From an uncultured Pseudobdellovibrionaceae bacterium (GTDB lineage Bacteria; Bdellovibrionota; Bdellovibrionia; Bdellovibrionales; UBA1609): a stretch of 64,000 nucleotides of DNA. Position numbers and translations under genes: made by a program. Under the pieces are notes generated by a model. That model saw only the letters and a program-made list of their open reading frames with translations, was not told the DNA's origin and did no database searches. Location of the stretch: contig CAYMDP010000005.1 of NCBI GenBank assembly GCA_964389375.1, positions 765 through 64,764 on the forward strand, in the 5' to 3' direction. This document shows, one piece after another, positions 1-8,786 of the stretch; the stretch's first letter is position 1; each line of letters starts with the position of its first letter.

Positions 1-385
1 GACCGATAAAGGGAGCATTAGAGCCAACGGTTGCTAAAAAACTTAAATGTTTTTCGAGGCTCTGTTTTTCGATTAGAGAGTAAGAGTTAAAGATTTCATC
101 TAATCCCTGTGCGCCTTTTTCTTTGATGTGTCTGAAGGCCAGCCCCATGGCACGACCTTCGAGGCTATCGCGATCTTTTCCAAGCTCCTCAAGGTCACCC
201 CAATTTAGAGTCTGAAGAACTTCTCGCATCCTTTCGGAGATACGTTCACTTTGACTTTTAATTTTTCCGAGCACAAGAGCGCGCTCCATAATAAAAGCCA
301 AGCTGAAAATACTCAGAAGTATTAGAATTATCAGGGTAAAGTCATGGCCCCATTCTGCGATTACGAAAAACTGATCCGTTAACAT
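1..385 (-). CDS. MotA/TolQ/ExbB-family proton-channel protein, N-terminal part (3' end lies outside the window)
   Basis: Not in the ORF track because no stop falls inside the window. Hand translation from the ATG at 385 gives MLTDQFFVIAEWGHDFTLIILILLSIFSLAFIMERALVLGK...SLEKHLSFLATVGSNAPFIG. It has an N-terminal TM helix and the LATVGSxAPFIG signature typical of TolQ/ExbB. Confidence 0.7.
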   Translation of the reverse strand, partial: MLTDQFFVIAEWGHDFTLIILILLSIFSLAFIMERALVLGKIKSQSERISERMREVLQTLNWGDLEELGKDRDSLEGRAMGLAFRHIKEKGAQGLDEIFNSYSLIEKQSLEKHLSFLATVGSNAPFIG

Positions 386-506
386 GCGCTCTCCTGTCTT
401 GCATCATCGAGAATTCGTGTCTATTCTCACCTTCAAGATTATCTCTAGTGTTAAATTACTTGGTCAAGGTTACAGTCGTCATGAGGCCTGCTGATTAGCG
501 TTATAT

Positions 507-2354
507 TTGGTGATCACATTGAACATAGCTCGCATTCAAATTTTGGCCCTGCTTATGAGCTCTTTGATGTTGCAGAGTTGTGGTCTGCCACGTGACCCAA
601 ACCCCTCGATCTTAGTCATAGCAATTGAAAACTTGGGCTTTCAGTCTGTGGCCTGTGGGACGGAAGTCATGGCCCATCGGGAGATGAGCGGCTTTCGAAT
701 ATTTTGCGAAGAAAGCGTTCGCTTTACCCATGCATTTACTCCGTCTTTAATGACCCAGTCTGCCCTGGCTTCGGTGATGACGGGACTTTACCCCTTCGAG
801 CACGGACTTCGCCATAATGGAAATCAGTTTCTTTCGGCAGAATATAAAACTCTAGCAGAGGTGGCCTTAGAAGAGGGCTACCGAACTGCACTTTTTTCTG
901 GCGGCCCGCCCTTACTTCGCAGCTCGGGTCTAAATCAAGGCTTCGAGGTTTTTGATGAGGGGCCTGGTCCTCGCTTGGGTTTGATCCATCGGCCCAGTCG
1001 ACAGCTTGCGAGATCTTTTGACCGCTGGTTAAGTGCTGAAGTTTCGGGCCGAAGATTTTTTGCGACAATATTCTTTGCAGACTTGCAGTTTCCTAAAGCT
1101 CCCACCCGTTCAGATTTAGGCGAGTTAAGAGAGAGCTCTGTAGAAGCGCAGCTTTTCGAAATCGGCGAGACCTTGGACCAAATGATTCGAAAGCTGAAAG
1201 AACAGAAGCGTTGGGATAACACCTATGTCTTTTTATTTGGAACGAATGGTCGTTTGGATAAAAAAAAGTTGGGTGACCCAGAGGGGGCCGAGAATGTAGG
1301 GCTGCAAAGTTTTAATACTCAGGTTCCCTTGTTTATAAAACCCGCAAGAAAAAGTCGAGATCTCGGGATCGAGTGGAAAATTGACAAGAACGTTTCCCTC
1401 GCGGATGCCGGTGCTACGGTATTTGATATATTGGGGACGGGTGCACCAAAAGGTAAAAACCCAGAGGTCCATACGATTTCTCTAAGACCAGCTTTAATCA
1501 GAGCCGAGTCTCCTTGGCGAAGTGATCGTTTAATCTATTCCGAAACGGCCTGGCCAGATTGGATGGGCTGGGGAGGGATCCGTTTTTCTCTACGAAAAGA
1601 TCAATATCTTTACATTCACGACAGTCAGCCAAAGCTTTTTAATTCTTTGATCGATCGCTTCGAGCAAACTCCCTTTCAGTCGACGGATCCCTTTTATCAA
1701 GACCTCTTTGATTCCTTCCAAAGAAGTGCAAAAAACTTAGGAAAAACTTTTTCCTATAAGCGCAAAGAAATGATTTCGGCTCAATATTCGAAAGCCCTTT
1801 ATTCCCCAGAAGGTCTTGAGGGCTTCGAGGCGCAATTAAGTGTTTATCTTCAAAGAAATCCCAGGGACCGAAGTCTGATGCGAACTCTCGCAGAGCGTGC
1901 GATTCGAAAAGGGGACTGGAAAGAACTCGAAAAGTTAGGACGTCAGGCTCGAATTACCTCTTGGATCTATGTTGCGAAAAAAAATCTTCGCAGTCGCGTT
2001 CGCTGGCGACCCAGGGCCTGTTATAAGCTCATGGTTTCCAGGGCCTCTTCCTTAAGTCTTGAGGATTTAAGCCAGTGTGACGACCGACTTTTGCTTAGGA
2101 TGGTGAACTGGCTTCGCGAGCGAGACGAGACTCAACGAGAATTAATTTTCCAGGCCTTCCTAACGGATTTTTCGGCCCTTCGATTAAGACGCCAGATAGC
2201 AGAAGATAATATTCAGTCCTTCTATTCTTGGCTAAAGCCCGATGAGAATGCTGACACAATTCCCTTGATTGATCTTTATCTGGCCTTGCCTGAAAATGTC
2301 AGAATTCGAAATTTTGTTGAATCTCGACTGTGCTCCGGAGCGGACTCTTGTTAG
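507..2354 (+). CDS. Sulfatase-like hydrolase/transferase (alkaline-phosphatase superfamily) lipoprotein with a helical C-terminal region
   Basis: 615-aa ORF with a TTG start at 507; the true start may be slightly downstream. It has a lipobox (LMLQSCG) and the sulfatase-like segment AFTPSLMTQSALASVMTGLYPFEHGLR. Confidence 0.5.
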   Translation: MVITLNIARIQILALLMSSLMLQSCGLPRDPNPSILVIAIENLGFQSVACGTEVMAHREMSGFRIFCEESVRFTHAFTPSLMTQSALASVMTGLYPFEHGLRHNGNQFLSAEYKTLAEVALEEGYRTALFSGGPPLLRSSGLNQGFEVFDEGPGPRLGLIHRPSRQLARSFDRWLSAEVSGRRFFATIFFADLQFPKAPTRSDLGELRESSVEAQLFEIGETLDQMIRKLKEQKRWDNTYVFLFGTNGRLDKKKLGDPEGAENVGLQSFNTQVPLFIKPARKSRDLGIEWKIDKNVSLADAGATVFDILGTGAPKGKNPEVHTISLRPALIRAESPWRSDRLIYSETAWPDWMGWGGIRFSLRKDQYLYIHDSQPKLFNSLIDRFEQTPFQSTDPFYQDLFDSFQRSAKNLGKTFSYKRKEMISAQYSKALYSPEGLEGFEAQLSVYLQRNPRDRSLMRTLAERAIRKGDWKELEKLGRQARITSWIYVAKKNLRSRVRWRPRACYKLMVSRASSLSLEDLSQCDDRLLLRMVNWLRERDETQRELIFQAFLTDFSALRLRRQIAEDNIQSFYSWLKPDENADTIPLIDLYLALPENVRIRNFVESRLCSGADSC

Positions 2355-2362
2355 GACGCGCC

Positions 2363-3184
2363 CTAAACAGAGACTACAATTTCAGTTTCCACTTTTCGCT
2401 TCAGTAAAGAGGCAATGCGATATAAGTCATCTTCCGAAACGGCTTCGAGCCGAGGATTTGTCGGTGCTTTATTTATAGTCGTAATGTGAACAGATTTAGG
2501 TTGAGTAATGCCAACAGCCTCGATCCATTCATCAAGCATCGTTTGAGTCGTGTTGTCGACTTCGCCGCGCACAAAAAGGGACTGAACATGCCGACTCTTT
2601 AGGCGTGAAAACTCCTCCAGCATCCTAGAGATCGTCGTTCGTATCAGGGGCTGATTGAGGCTGCGAAATAGGTTTTCATTCCCAGCATCCAGTTTTAAAA
2701 AAGTTTTGTCCACTCGGTCTAGCCCGGCAACCACGCGCTTGCTATCCAGATGAGCCCCATTTGTTAAAACCAAGACGGGGAGGCCTGAGCTGATTTCATC
2801 TCTAACGCTAAGGATAACTTTTACGAGTTCATCGAATTGAGGATAAAGTGTGGGCTCTCCGTGACCAGAGATCGTCAAGGCCTGAGGTGGAGTGTCTTTG
2901 GTAATAAGCTCTCGGATCATGGCTCTTAAGGGCTCAACAAAATCTTGTGGTTGAGCAAAGACAATATCCTTTTTAACTTGGTTCATCTTAATAGTTGTTG
3001 GACCAAGGTTACAATAGACACAATCAAAAGAACAAATCTTTGCGTCGCCAAGTGGGTTAATGCCAATGCTTAAGCCGAAGCGCCGACTTGGAATAGGGCC
3101 GTAGACTAGCTCTGTTGGAGCCTCACTTTTTGGAAATGGATGATTCATGTTTATGATTGTCTTCGATGAAAGAAGAGAATTCAA
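2363..3184 (-). CDS. Radical SAM protein
   Basis: CSFDCVYCNLG (CxxxCxxC cluster motif) near the N-terminus, and ISGHGEPTLYP further on. Confidence 0.8.
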   Translation of the reverse strand: MNSLLSSKTIINMNHPFPKSEAPTELVYGPIPSRRFGLSIGINPLGDAKICSFDCVYCNLGPTTIKMNQVKKDIVFAQPQDFVEPLRAMIRELITKDTPPQALTISGHGEPTLYPQFDELVKVILSVRDEISSGLPVLVLTNGAHLDSKRVVAGLDRVDKTFLKLDAGNENLFRSLNQPLIRTTISRMLEEFSRLKSRHVQSLFVRGEVDNTTQTMLDEWIEAVGITQPKSVHITTINKAPTNPRLEAVSEDDLYRIASLLKRKVETEIVVSV

Positions 3185-3232
3185 GGCCTAGCCAGGCGGA
3201 GTCTGTTCGGGGGCTTAGGGTCTAGATGTCAG

Positions 3233-3931
3233 TTAGCCTGCGTTTTGATCCAATTGAAGACTCGCAAGCCAGAAGGGCATATCCACATTGTCCTTCGAAA
3301 GACGGCGTGAAAGCTCTTCGAGTCGGCGCTCATTCTTTGTTGCAGCCAGAAAGTATGGAGTAATAAAAGATCTGCTGGTCAAGATCAGTTGATCTCCGGG
3401 AAGAGGCTTAAATCCATGAACAGAGAAATTTGAAGTTGAGTAAAGTCCCAAAAGTTGAGAGGGAAGGGGCGCAAGGCTAGCCTTTAGGTCAGCGCTATGG
3501 GCGCCCGCGAGGTCCGTTGAAGAGGATAAAGCGGTGAGATAGTTTGGGTGCCGATCTAAAAAAATTTGTGGTTGTCCAATCTGAGCCCAGACACACTCTT
3601 GTCGATTCCAAAACAGAACACAAAGTTCATAGCCAGAGTTATACTCGGAACCATTTTCTTCGCGGTAAATCATGTCATTTGCAAGCATAATTGCGGCTCG
3701 AAGATTATTCGCCATTGGGCTGACACAGGTGAGTTTTTGAAAGGGACTTGTCACTTCTTGGTCTTGAATGACGGACATTAAAAAATCTCGAATAGACTCG
3801 GAGATCTTTTTTGCCCCTTGGCGAGGACCCCAAGGGGTCGTGATGATCAAGAGTCCATTTTCAGGCTCACACAGAATCTCTGGAGTCGGTCGAAAATATT
3901 TTCCACTATAAGAGCGTTCAAGAAACTTCAT
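3233..3931 (-). CDS. PP2C-fold protein lacking the catalytic Asp motifs (putative pseudophosphatase)
   Basis: By-eye alignment to bacterial PP2C (PrpC/PstP type). LLIITTPWGPRQGAKKISESI aligns with xxVADGMGGHxAGxxAS, AQIGQPQIFL with AxxGDSRxYL, GDQLILTSRSF with GDxLLLCSDGL, and KDNVDM with xDNxT. The start lies 2 nt after the upstream stop. Confidence 0.45.
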   Translation of the reverse strand: MKFLERSYSGKYFRPTPEILCEPENGLLIITTPWGPRQGAKKISESIRDFLMSVIQDQEVTSPFQKLTCVSPMANNLRAAIMLANDMIYREENGSEYNSGYELCVLFWNRQECVWAQIGQPQIFLDRHPNYLTALSSSTDLAGAHSADLKASLAPLPSQLLGLYSTSNFSVHGFKPLPGDQLILTSRSFITPYFLAATKNERRLEELSRRLSKDNVDMPFWLASLQLDQNAG

Positions 3932-3933
3932 CG

Positions 3934-5895
3934 CTAAAGTCCAATGCCGTGACTTCTTAGTTTACTTCGGGCCTTTAAGAAATATTCCCCACCCTTGATG
4001 TCGGCTTCCATAATTTTTTTCCATTTTTCTTTGGCTTGATCTACGTTTCCAAGACTTTCCTCAAGAATGCTGTCTTCGTAAACGAGTTTGAGCTCTCGTT
4101 TTAACTCGGACAAGGCAAGATCTTGGTTCGATTTGGCTTCTTGATGGCTTGGGTCCTCTTCCGATGCCTTCTTACAGGCCAGGTAGGCGGACTTAAATTG
4201 AGCACTTTCTAAATTCTGTTGGCAAGTCGCCAATAACTCTGAAACCTTTTTGGTAAGCTCGCTTTGAATCGATGCAAGTTCTCTACGGGCTGTGCTTTCC
4301 AGATCAGAAAGTCCAGAATAAGAACCGCGCAAGAATTTTTGATATTCTTTAATCGATTTCGAAAGTTCTCCTTGTCCATAGAGGGATTTTGCCAAACTGT
4401 ACTGCCTGCGTCCTGCCTGAGCGAGCTGTCTTTGTTCATTCGCAATTTCTCTTTTTCGAGCCTTTTCAAGTTCTCGCTCTTGCAGCTCTCCAATTAGACC
4501 TAGGATCCCCTCGTTGCCTGGGTCTCTTTCGCGTGCAGCAGAAAGACAGGATTCGATGTCTTCAAGACTTGTCGTCGGCGTCAGTTCTGCCCGACATCGA
4601 ACAACTTCCTCTGCTATAAATTCTTTTGTTTTTTCGGCTTCTTGTCGCTCGCGCTCGTTGGCTTGTGCTTTGGCTAAAAGTTTAGATCCGTTTTCGCAAA
4701 AATCTTGAAGCTCTTTCGAATTTTGAAACTGCGGCGTTAAATCATGAAGTTTTTTAAGTTCGGCTAAACATAATTCGTATTTTCCTTGGCGGTATAAAGA
4801 TCCCGCGAGGTTTAAAGCATCCTTAATCGCGGATTGTTGTCCGGGAGTCAGATTTTCGACTAGAGGACTTCCCTCTTCAGAGGAATTCAATGTGGCCTGA
4901 TCGCTGGACTGCTGCGGGTCCCGAAGAATTCCCCAGATTAAAATGGGAATCATCAACGCAATGGCCCCACGGGTGGCCATTTTTTTGTTCATGAACTTTT
5001 GAAAGCGTCCACCGAAATAATTTTGCGCGGGAATTCGAACGACACCAGGACCAGAGTCTGCGGAGAAAGCTTCGAAGTTTGAAAAGTTCGCGACTTGTCC
5101 AGGCGCCTGGGCCGGCTGAGGGTAGACGGGCGACAGGGCTGCAGACATTTGCGCAAACTGTGGATTGCGAGATTCAAAATGCATCCGCACGGACTTAATT
5201 GAGAGCTGGTCGCCACTGACAATCTGAATGGGACTTTGGGGCTCGAGGGCCTCGCCATTTAATGAGAGTCCATTTGCGCTACCGAGATCTTTAATAAAAA
5301 AGCCGTCTTGGGTGCGAATGATTTCGAAATGTTTGCGGCTGACATGCTGACAATTGATATAGATATCACAACCTGGATCTCTTCCCCCAAGCCAGCGCTG
5401 ACCCTCAAGTTTAAAGACTTCAGCCTGCCCAGTCTCTTCGATCTGAATTTTCAGATAGGATTCAAGTCGGACCTGGCCAATCATTGTGCGTTCATCTTGA
5501 TCTGTGGGGCTCTGATTTACCTGTGCTTGATCCCGTGATACGGGCGCTGTGACGACCAAGCTTTTTTCAGAGAAATCAATTGGAGCTTCCAGCTCTTCAG
5601 ATACAGCCATGACACATTCAAAAACAAAGGGAGGAATCGAAAATACGGATCCATTTTTAAGCTCGATACTGTCATGAGCTGCGGAATCAACAAAAAGCCG
5701 ACCATGTTTTGAAGTGACACTGACTCTCCAGACTGCATTTTCTTCAACAACCTTTGCATGCTGTCTAGAGATCCCACGTGGTCCTTCGACCACAATATCA
5801 CACTCGGGCGCGCGTCCGATCACGTACTCGCGGCCTGATTCTAATTTAAGCCGACTGACTTCGATCCCGTTATGTTTGACGATAAGTTCTAACAT
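3934..5895 (-). CDS. Membrane protein with two FHA domains and a C-terminal TPR/coiled-coil region
   Basis: FHA1 is IGRAPECDIVVEGPRGISRQHAKV. FHA2 is LGGRDPGCDIYINCQHVSRKHFEI...GSANGLSLNG. The TM helix is GAIALMIPILIWGIL, followed by TPR-like repeats. I prefer the ATG at 5895, which overlaps the upstream TGA as TGATG, over the TTG at 5925 used in the ORF track. Confidence 0.8.
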   Translation of the reverse strand: MLELIVKHNGIEVSRLKLESGREYVIGRAPECDIVVEGPRGISRQHAKVVEENAVWRVSVTSKHGRLFVDSAAHDSIELKNGSVFSIPPFVFECVMAVSEELEAPIDFSEKSLVVTAPVSRDQAQVNQSPTDQDERTMIGQVRLESYLKIQIEETGQAEVFKLEGQRWLGGRDPGCDIYINCQHVSRKHFEIIRTQDGFFIKDLGSANGLSLNGEALEPQSPIQIVSGDQLSIKSVRMHFESRNPQFAQMSAALSPVYPQPAQAPGQVANFSNFEAFSADSGPGVVRIPAQNYFGGRFQKFMNKKMATRGAIALMIPILIWGILRDPQQSSDQATLNSSEEGSPLVENLTPGQQSAIKDALNLAGSLYRQGKYELCLAELKKLHDLTPQFQNSKELQDFCENGSKLLAKAQANERERQEAEKTKEFIAEEVVRCRAELTPTTSLEDIESCLSAARERDPGNEGILGLIGELQERELEKARKREIANEQRQLAQAGRRQYSLAKSLYGQGELSKSIKEYQKFLRGSYSGLSDLESTARRELASIQSELTKKVSELLATCQQNLESAQFKSAYLACKKASEEDPSHQEAKSNQDLALSELKRELKLVYEDSILEESLGNVDQAKEKWKKIMEADIKGGEYFLKARSKLRSHGIGL

Positions 5896-6875
5896 CAGAA
5901 TCTCTCCTGAAGTCGGATACGACAATCATCATGGTTTCGTTTGGCCTCTTGATAGACTGTGCTACTTGTATCTTTCACTAAAATCATGACATCTCGAAAT
6001 GCGGCGATACAAGAGCTGAATTGATTTTGATCTTTGTAGGATCGTCCCAGAAGCATTTGTTTTTGGATCAACTCGGAGTTTCTTCTTTGAGAAAGTCTAA
6101 GGTAGCGATTGCATAAGGAGTGGCTGGGGTCGAGCGATAGACAGGCTTGAAAACTTTCACTCGCTCGCCCAAACTGACCTTTTTTATAGTCCCGAAATCC
6201 TCGGATATAAACAGACTGAGCTTCCCGCTCGGCAGGTGACTTGGGTCGTCTGGCATCGAATTCGGTTCGAGCCTCTTCAATGGATTGATTCACTTCTTCC
6301 ATTGCAGCGGTGACCTGCTCTTCGGTTCTAAGTTGGACCTCTTCCTTTTTGTCCGATGGTGAAGAAAGCAAAAGATAAAGCATGAATCCGATTCCGGCAT
6401 AAATGGCAAAACGAGGAATTGGGGACTTTGAGCCCTTTGGACGTCGAGTCTTTCGTGGACTTCCGGCCTTGGGTAAAGGGGACTGGACCGCCTCATAAGA
6501 AGCCATGGTTTGAGGTCCCATCGGGACTTGAACCAACTCTTGAGGAAGATGGGATTGAGCCCGAAACTGAAGTTGAGTATCACCAATCGAGATTAAACTA
6601 TTGTCATGTAGAATTGCAGTTTCACAATGAACCCCGTCGACCAGCAAACGATTTTTTTCGCTTTTGCCGGAGATGGTGAATACACCCTCTTTGTATTGGA
6701 TGATGGCATGTTGACGACTGCATTTAGGATCATAGGGTATCGCGATGTCGTTTTCGGGGTCTCGTCCAATAGAGATTTTTGGGCTTACCAATTTAAAGCT
6801 GACGCCTTGCTCGGGACCATTCAGCAGACGAAGGTGAAATTCAAGACCTGCCACAGGAGCGATGGCATTTTTCAT
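5895..6875 (-). CDS. FHA-domain membrane protein with a TPR-like C-terminus
   Basis: IGRDPENDIAIPYDPKCSRQHAII (FHA), a Pro/Lys-rich linker, the TM helix FAIYAGIGFMLYLLL, and a TPR-like tail. There is an ATGA overlap with the upstream gene. Confidence 0.8.
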   Translation of the reverse strand: MKNAIAPVAGLEFHLRLLNGPEQGVSFKLVSPKISIGRDPENDIAIPYDPKCSRQHAIIQYKEGVFTISGKSEKNRLLVDGVHCETAILHDNSLISIGDTQLQFRAQSHLPQELVQVPMGPQTMASYEAVQSPLPKAGSPRKTRRPKGSKSPIPRFAIYAGIGFMLYLLLSSPSDKKEEVQLRTEEQVTAAMEEVNQSIEEARTEFDARRPKSPAEREAQSVYIRGFRDYKKGQFGRASESFQACLSLDPSHSLCNRYLRLSQRRNSELIQKQMLLGRSYKDQNQFSSCIAAFRDVMILVKDTSSTVYQEAKRNHDDCRIRLQERF

Positions 6876-8452
6876 ACACCACCTCCGTGTTCAAGAGGAG
6901 CAAGGACCACAATAAAGTAAGAAATTCGATTCGAGCCGGAGACCGCCTGAATTGCGATCTGAAAATTTTGGCCAGAGAACTCGAGTTCATTCGTAAGTAT
7001 CTGGTCAGGACTTTGTTTTGATCTTTGGATCAAATCAACAAGACTTAGTTTTAGGGATTGATCAGAAACACTTTCGACGTGCAGATTAATGATATTCTCG
7101 GACCGGATCCCAGTTCGTTCTTCAAAAGCAGAATTAACCGCATAAATCGAAAGGTCCTCGGCATGAATGGCAATCGCCCCATAACCGATGAGTTCAATTA
7201 AATTACTCATTTCAAATCGACGGTCGGATTCAACAATCGGAGCGGCGCCGCTGTTTTCTGGCTGGACCCGGGCAAGAGCACTTCCAATGTTTGAAACAAG
7301 TTTTTCTAAAGCGGGAAATTGAAAGGGAACGTGCACATTGTCTCGACCCTCTTTAAGAGCCGCATCGACTTGCTCATTTAAAGAAAGAATTGGATATTCG
7401 ATGAGTTTATAAAGAAAGAAAAATAGGATCGTACCGAGGATCAGGGCGATCAGCAGAGTCTTAATAAAAAGACTTAAGATCTTTTCGTTACCGACGGAGA
7501 GGGAGGTCATGTCATACTCCACGACAGCAAAAGCCGTGGCAGACTGAACACCGGTTTCTGAGTTGAAAAACTCAATTGGGACAACCGCAACAATAGTTTG
7601 GCTGTCGACCTTTTGTACGGCCTCTCGTGAAGCTCCCGTTCGCTTGCGGGCTTCATGTGCGAAGGGAATATTTGGATAGGATCCAGCCTGTGCGGCGGGA
7701 GCCATGATGCTCCCATCCCCTTCAGAGATAATCAGTGCTTTTTTTACTCCGTTGAGATTGCTAGCGGATTGAACCGATAGTGCGGATTCAATCCCTTGCA
7801 TGACGGCACTGCGATTCACGACGGCTAGATTTCTGGCAATCGTCAGTGCGTGTTGCTCGCTTTCGACCTCGACACTTTCCTGAAGAATCTGAATCAGTGG
7901 GATTGTGGATAAACTTGTTAATAGAATCCCAAAGGTTCCAAGAAACAGAACCAAGACCCACTTAAACTCCATGAGTTCTGCAAGTTTGTAAACTCCGGGC
8001 AGCAAAGCTTTGTTGAGATAATTTTCAATAAACCGCTTCCAGTTTTGGACGGGCTCTTGTTCACTCTCGGGAGCAGAGTCTTGATTTGGATGTGATGAAG
8101 CCTGAAAGGGATCGGATTTATAAGCCACATTCCCATGATAGCTGGGAGCGACGGCCATGCTTCTGTTAAAGGGAATGATTTCAAACAAAATGTCATGAAC
8201 GCCAATGCGATCTCCCGGCTGTATGCGGGTCGATCGGACTTGAACTCCGTTGACGAATGATCCATTGCGCGAGTTCATGTCAGTCAAAATTATTTTATCC
8301 GAATAGATCTCGATCTGAAGGTGCTCTTTTGAAGCCCCGGGACTTAGGATTTTAACATCACAGTCCAAGGCCCGACCTAGGGTATTGGTCCCATCTTTAA
8401 GTGGAAAAGCTTGGCCCGTTTGGGGGCCAGATAAAAATCTAATGCCCCACAT
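6872..8452 (-). CDS. FHA-domain protein with two TM helices, an extracytoplasmic loop, a HAMP-like linker and a PAS-like C-terminus (no output domain)
   Basis: N-terminal FHA (LGRALDCDVKILSPGASKEHLQI...NSRNGSFVNG). TM1 is WVLVLFLGTFGILLTSL and TM2 is LLIALILGTILFFFLY. A PAS-like segment (AIHAEDLSIYAVNSAFEERTGIRSENI) follows. Confidence 0.7.
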   Translation of the reverse strand: MWGIRFLSGPQTGQAFPLKDGTNTLGRALDCDVKILSPGASKEHLQIEIYSDKIILTDMNSRNGSFVNGVQVRSTRIQPGDRIGVHDILFEIIPFNRSMAVAPSYHGNVAYKSDPFQASSHPNQDSAPESEQEPVQNWKRFIENYLNKALLPGVYKLAELMEFKWVLVLFLGTFGILLTSLSTIPLIQILQESVEVESEQHALTIARNLAVVNRSAVMQGIESALSVQSASNLNGVKKALIISEGDGSIMAPAAQAGSYPNIPFAHEARKRTGASREAVQKVDSQTIVAVVPIEFFNSETGVQSATAFAVVEYDMTSLSVGNEKILSLFIKTLLIALILGTILFFFLYKLIEYPILSLNEQVDAALKEGRDNVHVPFQFPALEKLVSNIGSALARVQPENSGAAPIVESDRRFEMSNLIELIGYGAIAIHAEDLSIYAVNSAFEERTGIRSENIINLHVESVSDQSLKLSLVDLIQRSKQSPDQILTNELEFSGQNFQIAIQAVSGSNRISYFIVVLAPLEHGGGV

Positions 8453-8786
8453 GAAGTTGATCTCCGGGTTCTACAAAGTTTTCAGGGATCGCCCCTGTTG
8501 AAAATTCAAAAACAGATTTGGCTTTCCAAATGGGACCGCGGATTCTCCAGGGCCGAACATTGCGATGAACGGCGCAGACCTTAAGGTCTCGGTCGACAAA
8601 AATTAGATCCAAAGAGAACTTCATAAAAAATGTATGAATGCTGTTGCAATCCGAAATCCAAAGTGTGGTCTGTTGGGGCAAAGTTTTTCGACCCAACAAT
8701 CCTTTTGCGCGGCTCCAAAAACTGTTCGCAGTGATGACCTCTGCGGCCAGTGTTTTTTGTTTGCTTGTGTTTTTTAAAGAGGGCAT
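8439..8786 (-). CDS. DUF192-family protein
   Basis: 115 aa. KGLLGRKTLPQQTTLWISDCNSIHTFFMKFSLDLIFVDRDLKV matches the DUF192 (COG1430) pattern. There is a TAATG overlap with the upstream gene. Confidence 0.65.
   Translation of the reverse strand: MPSLKNTSKQKTLAAEVITANSFWSRAKGLLGRKTLPQQTTLWISDCNSIHTFFMKFSLDLIFVDRDLKVCAVHRNVRPWRIRGPIWKAKSVFEFSTGAIPENFVEPGDQLHVGH

Noticed and set aside
4209-5801. Multiple 60-95-aa ORFs in alternative frames or antisense inside the FHA/TPR genes (for example 4209-4493, 4264-4497, 4989-5258, 5517-5801).
   Set aside because: They lie entirely within long ORFs that have clear domain content. Their products are low-complexity or Arg/Ser-rich, as is typical of off-frame translation.
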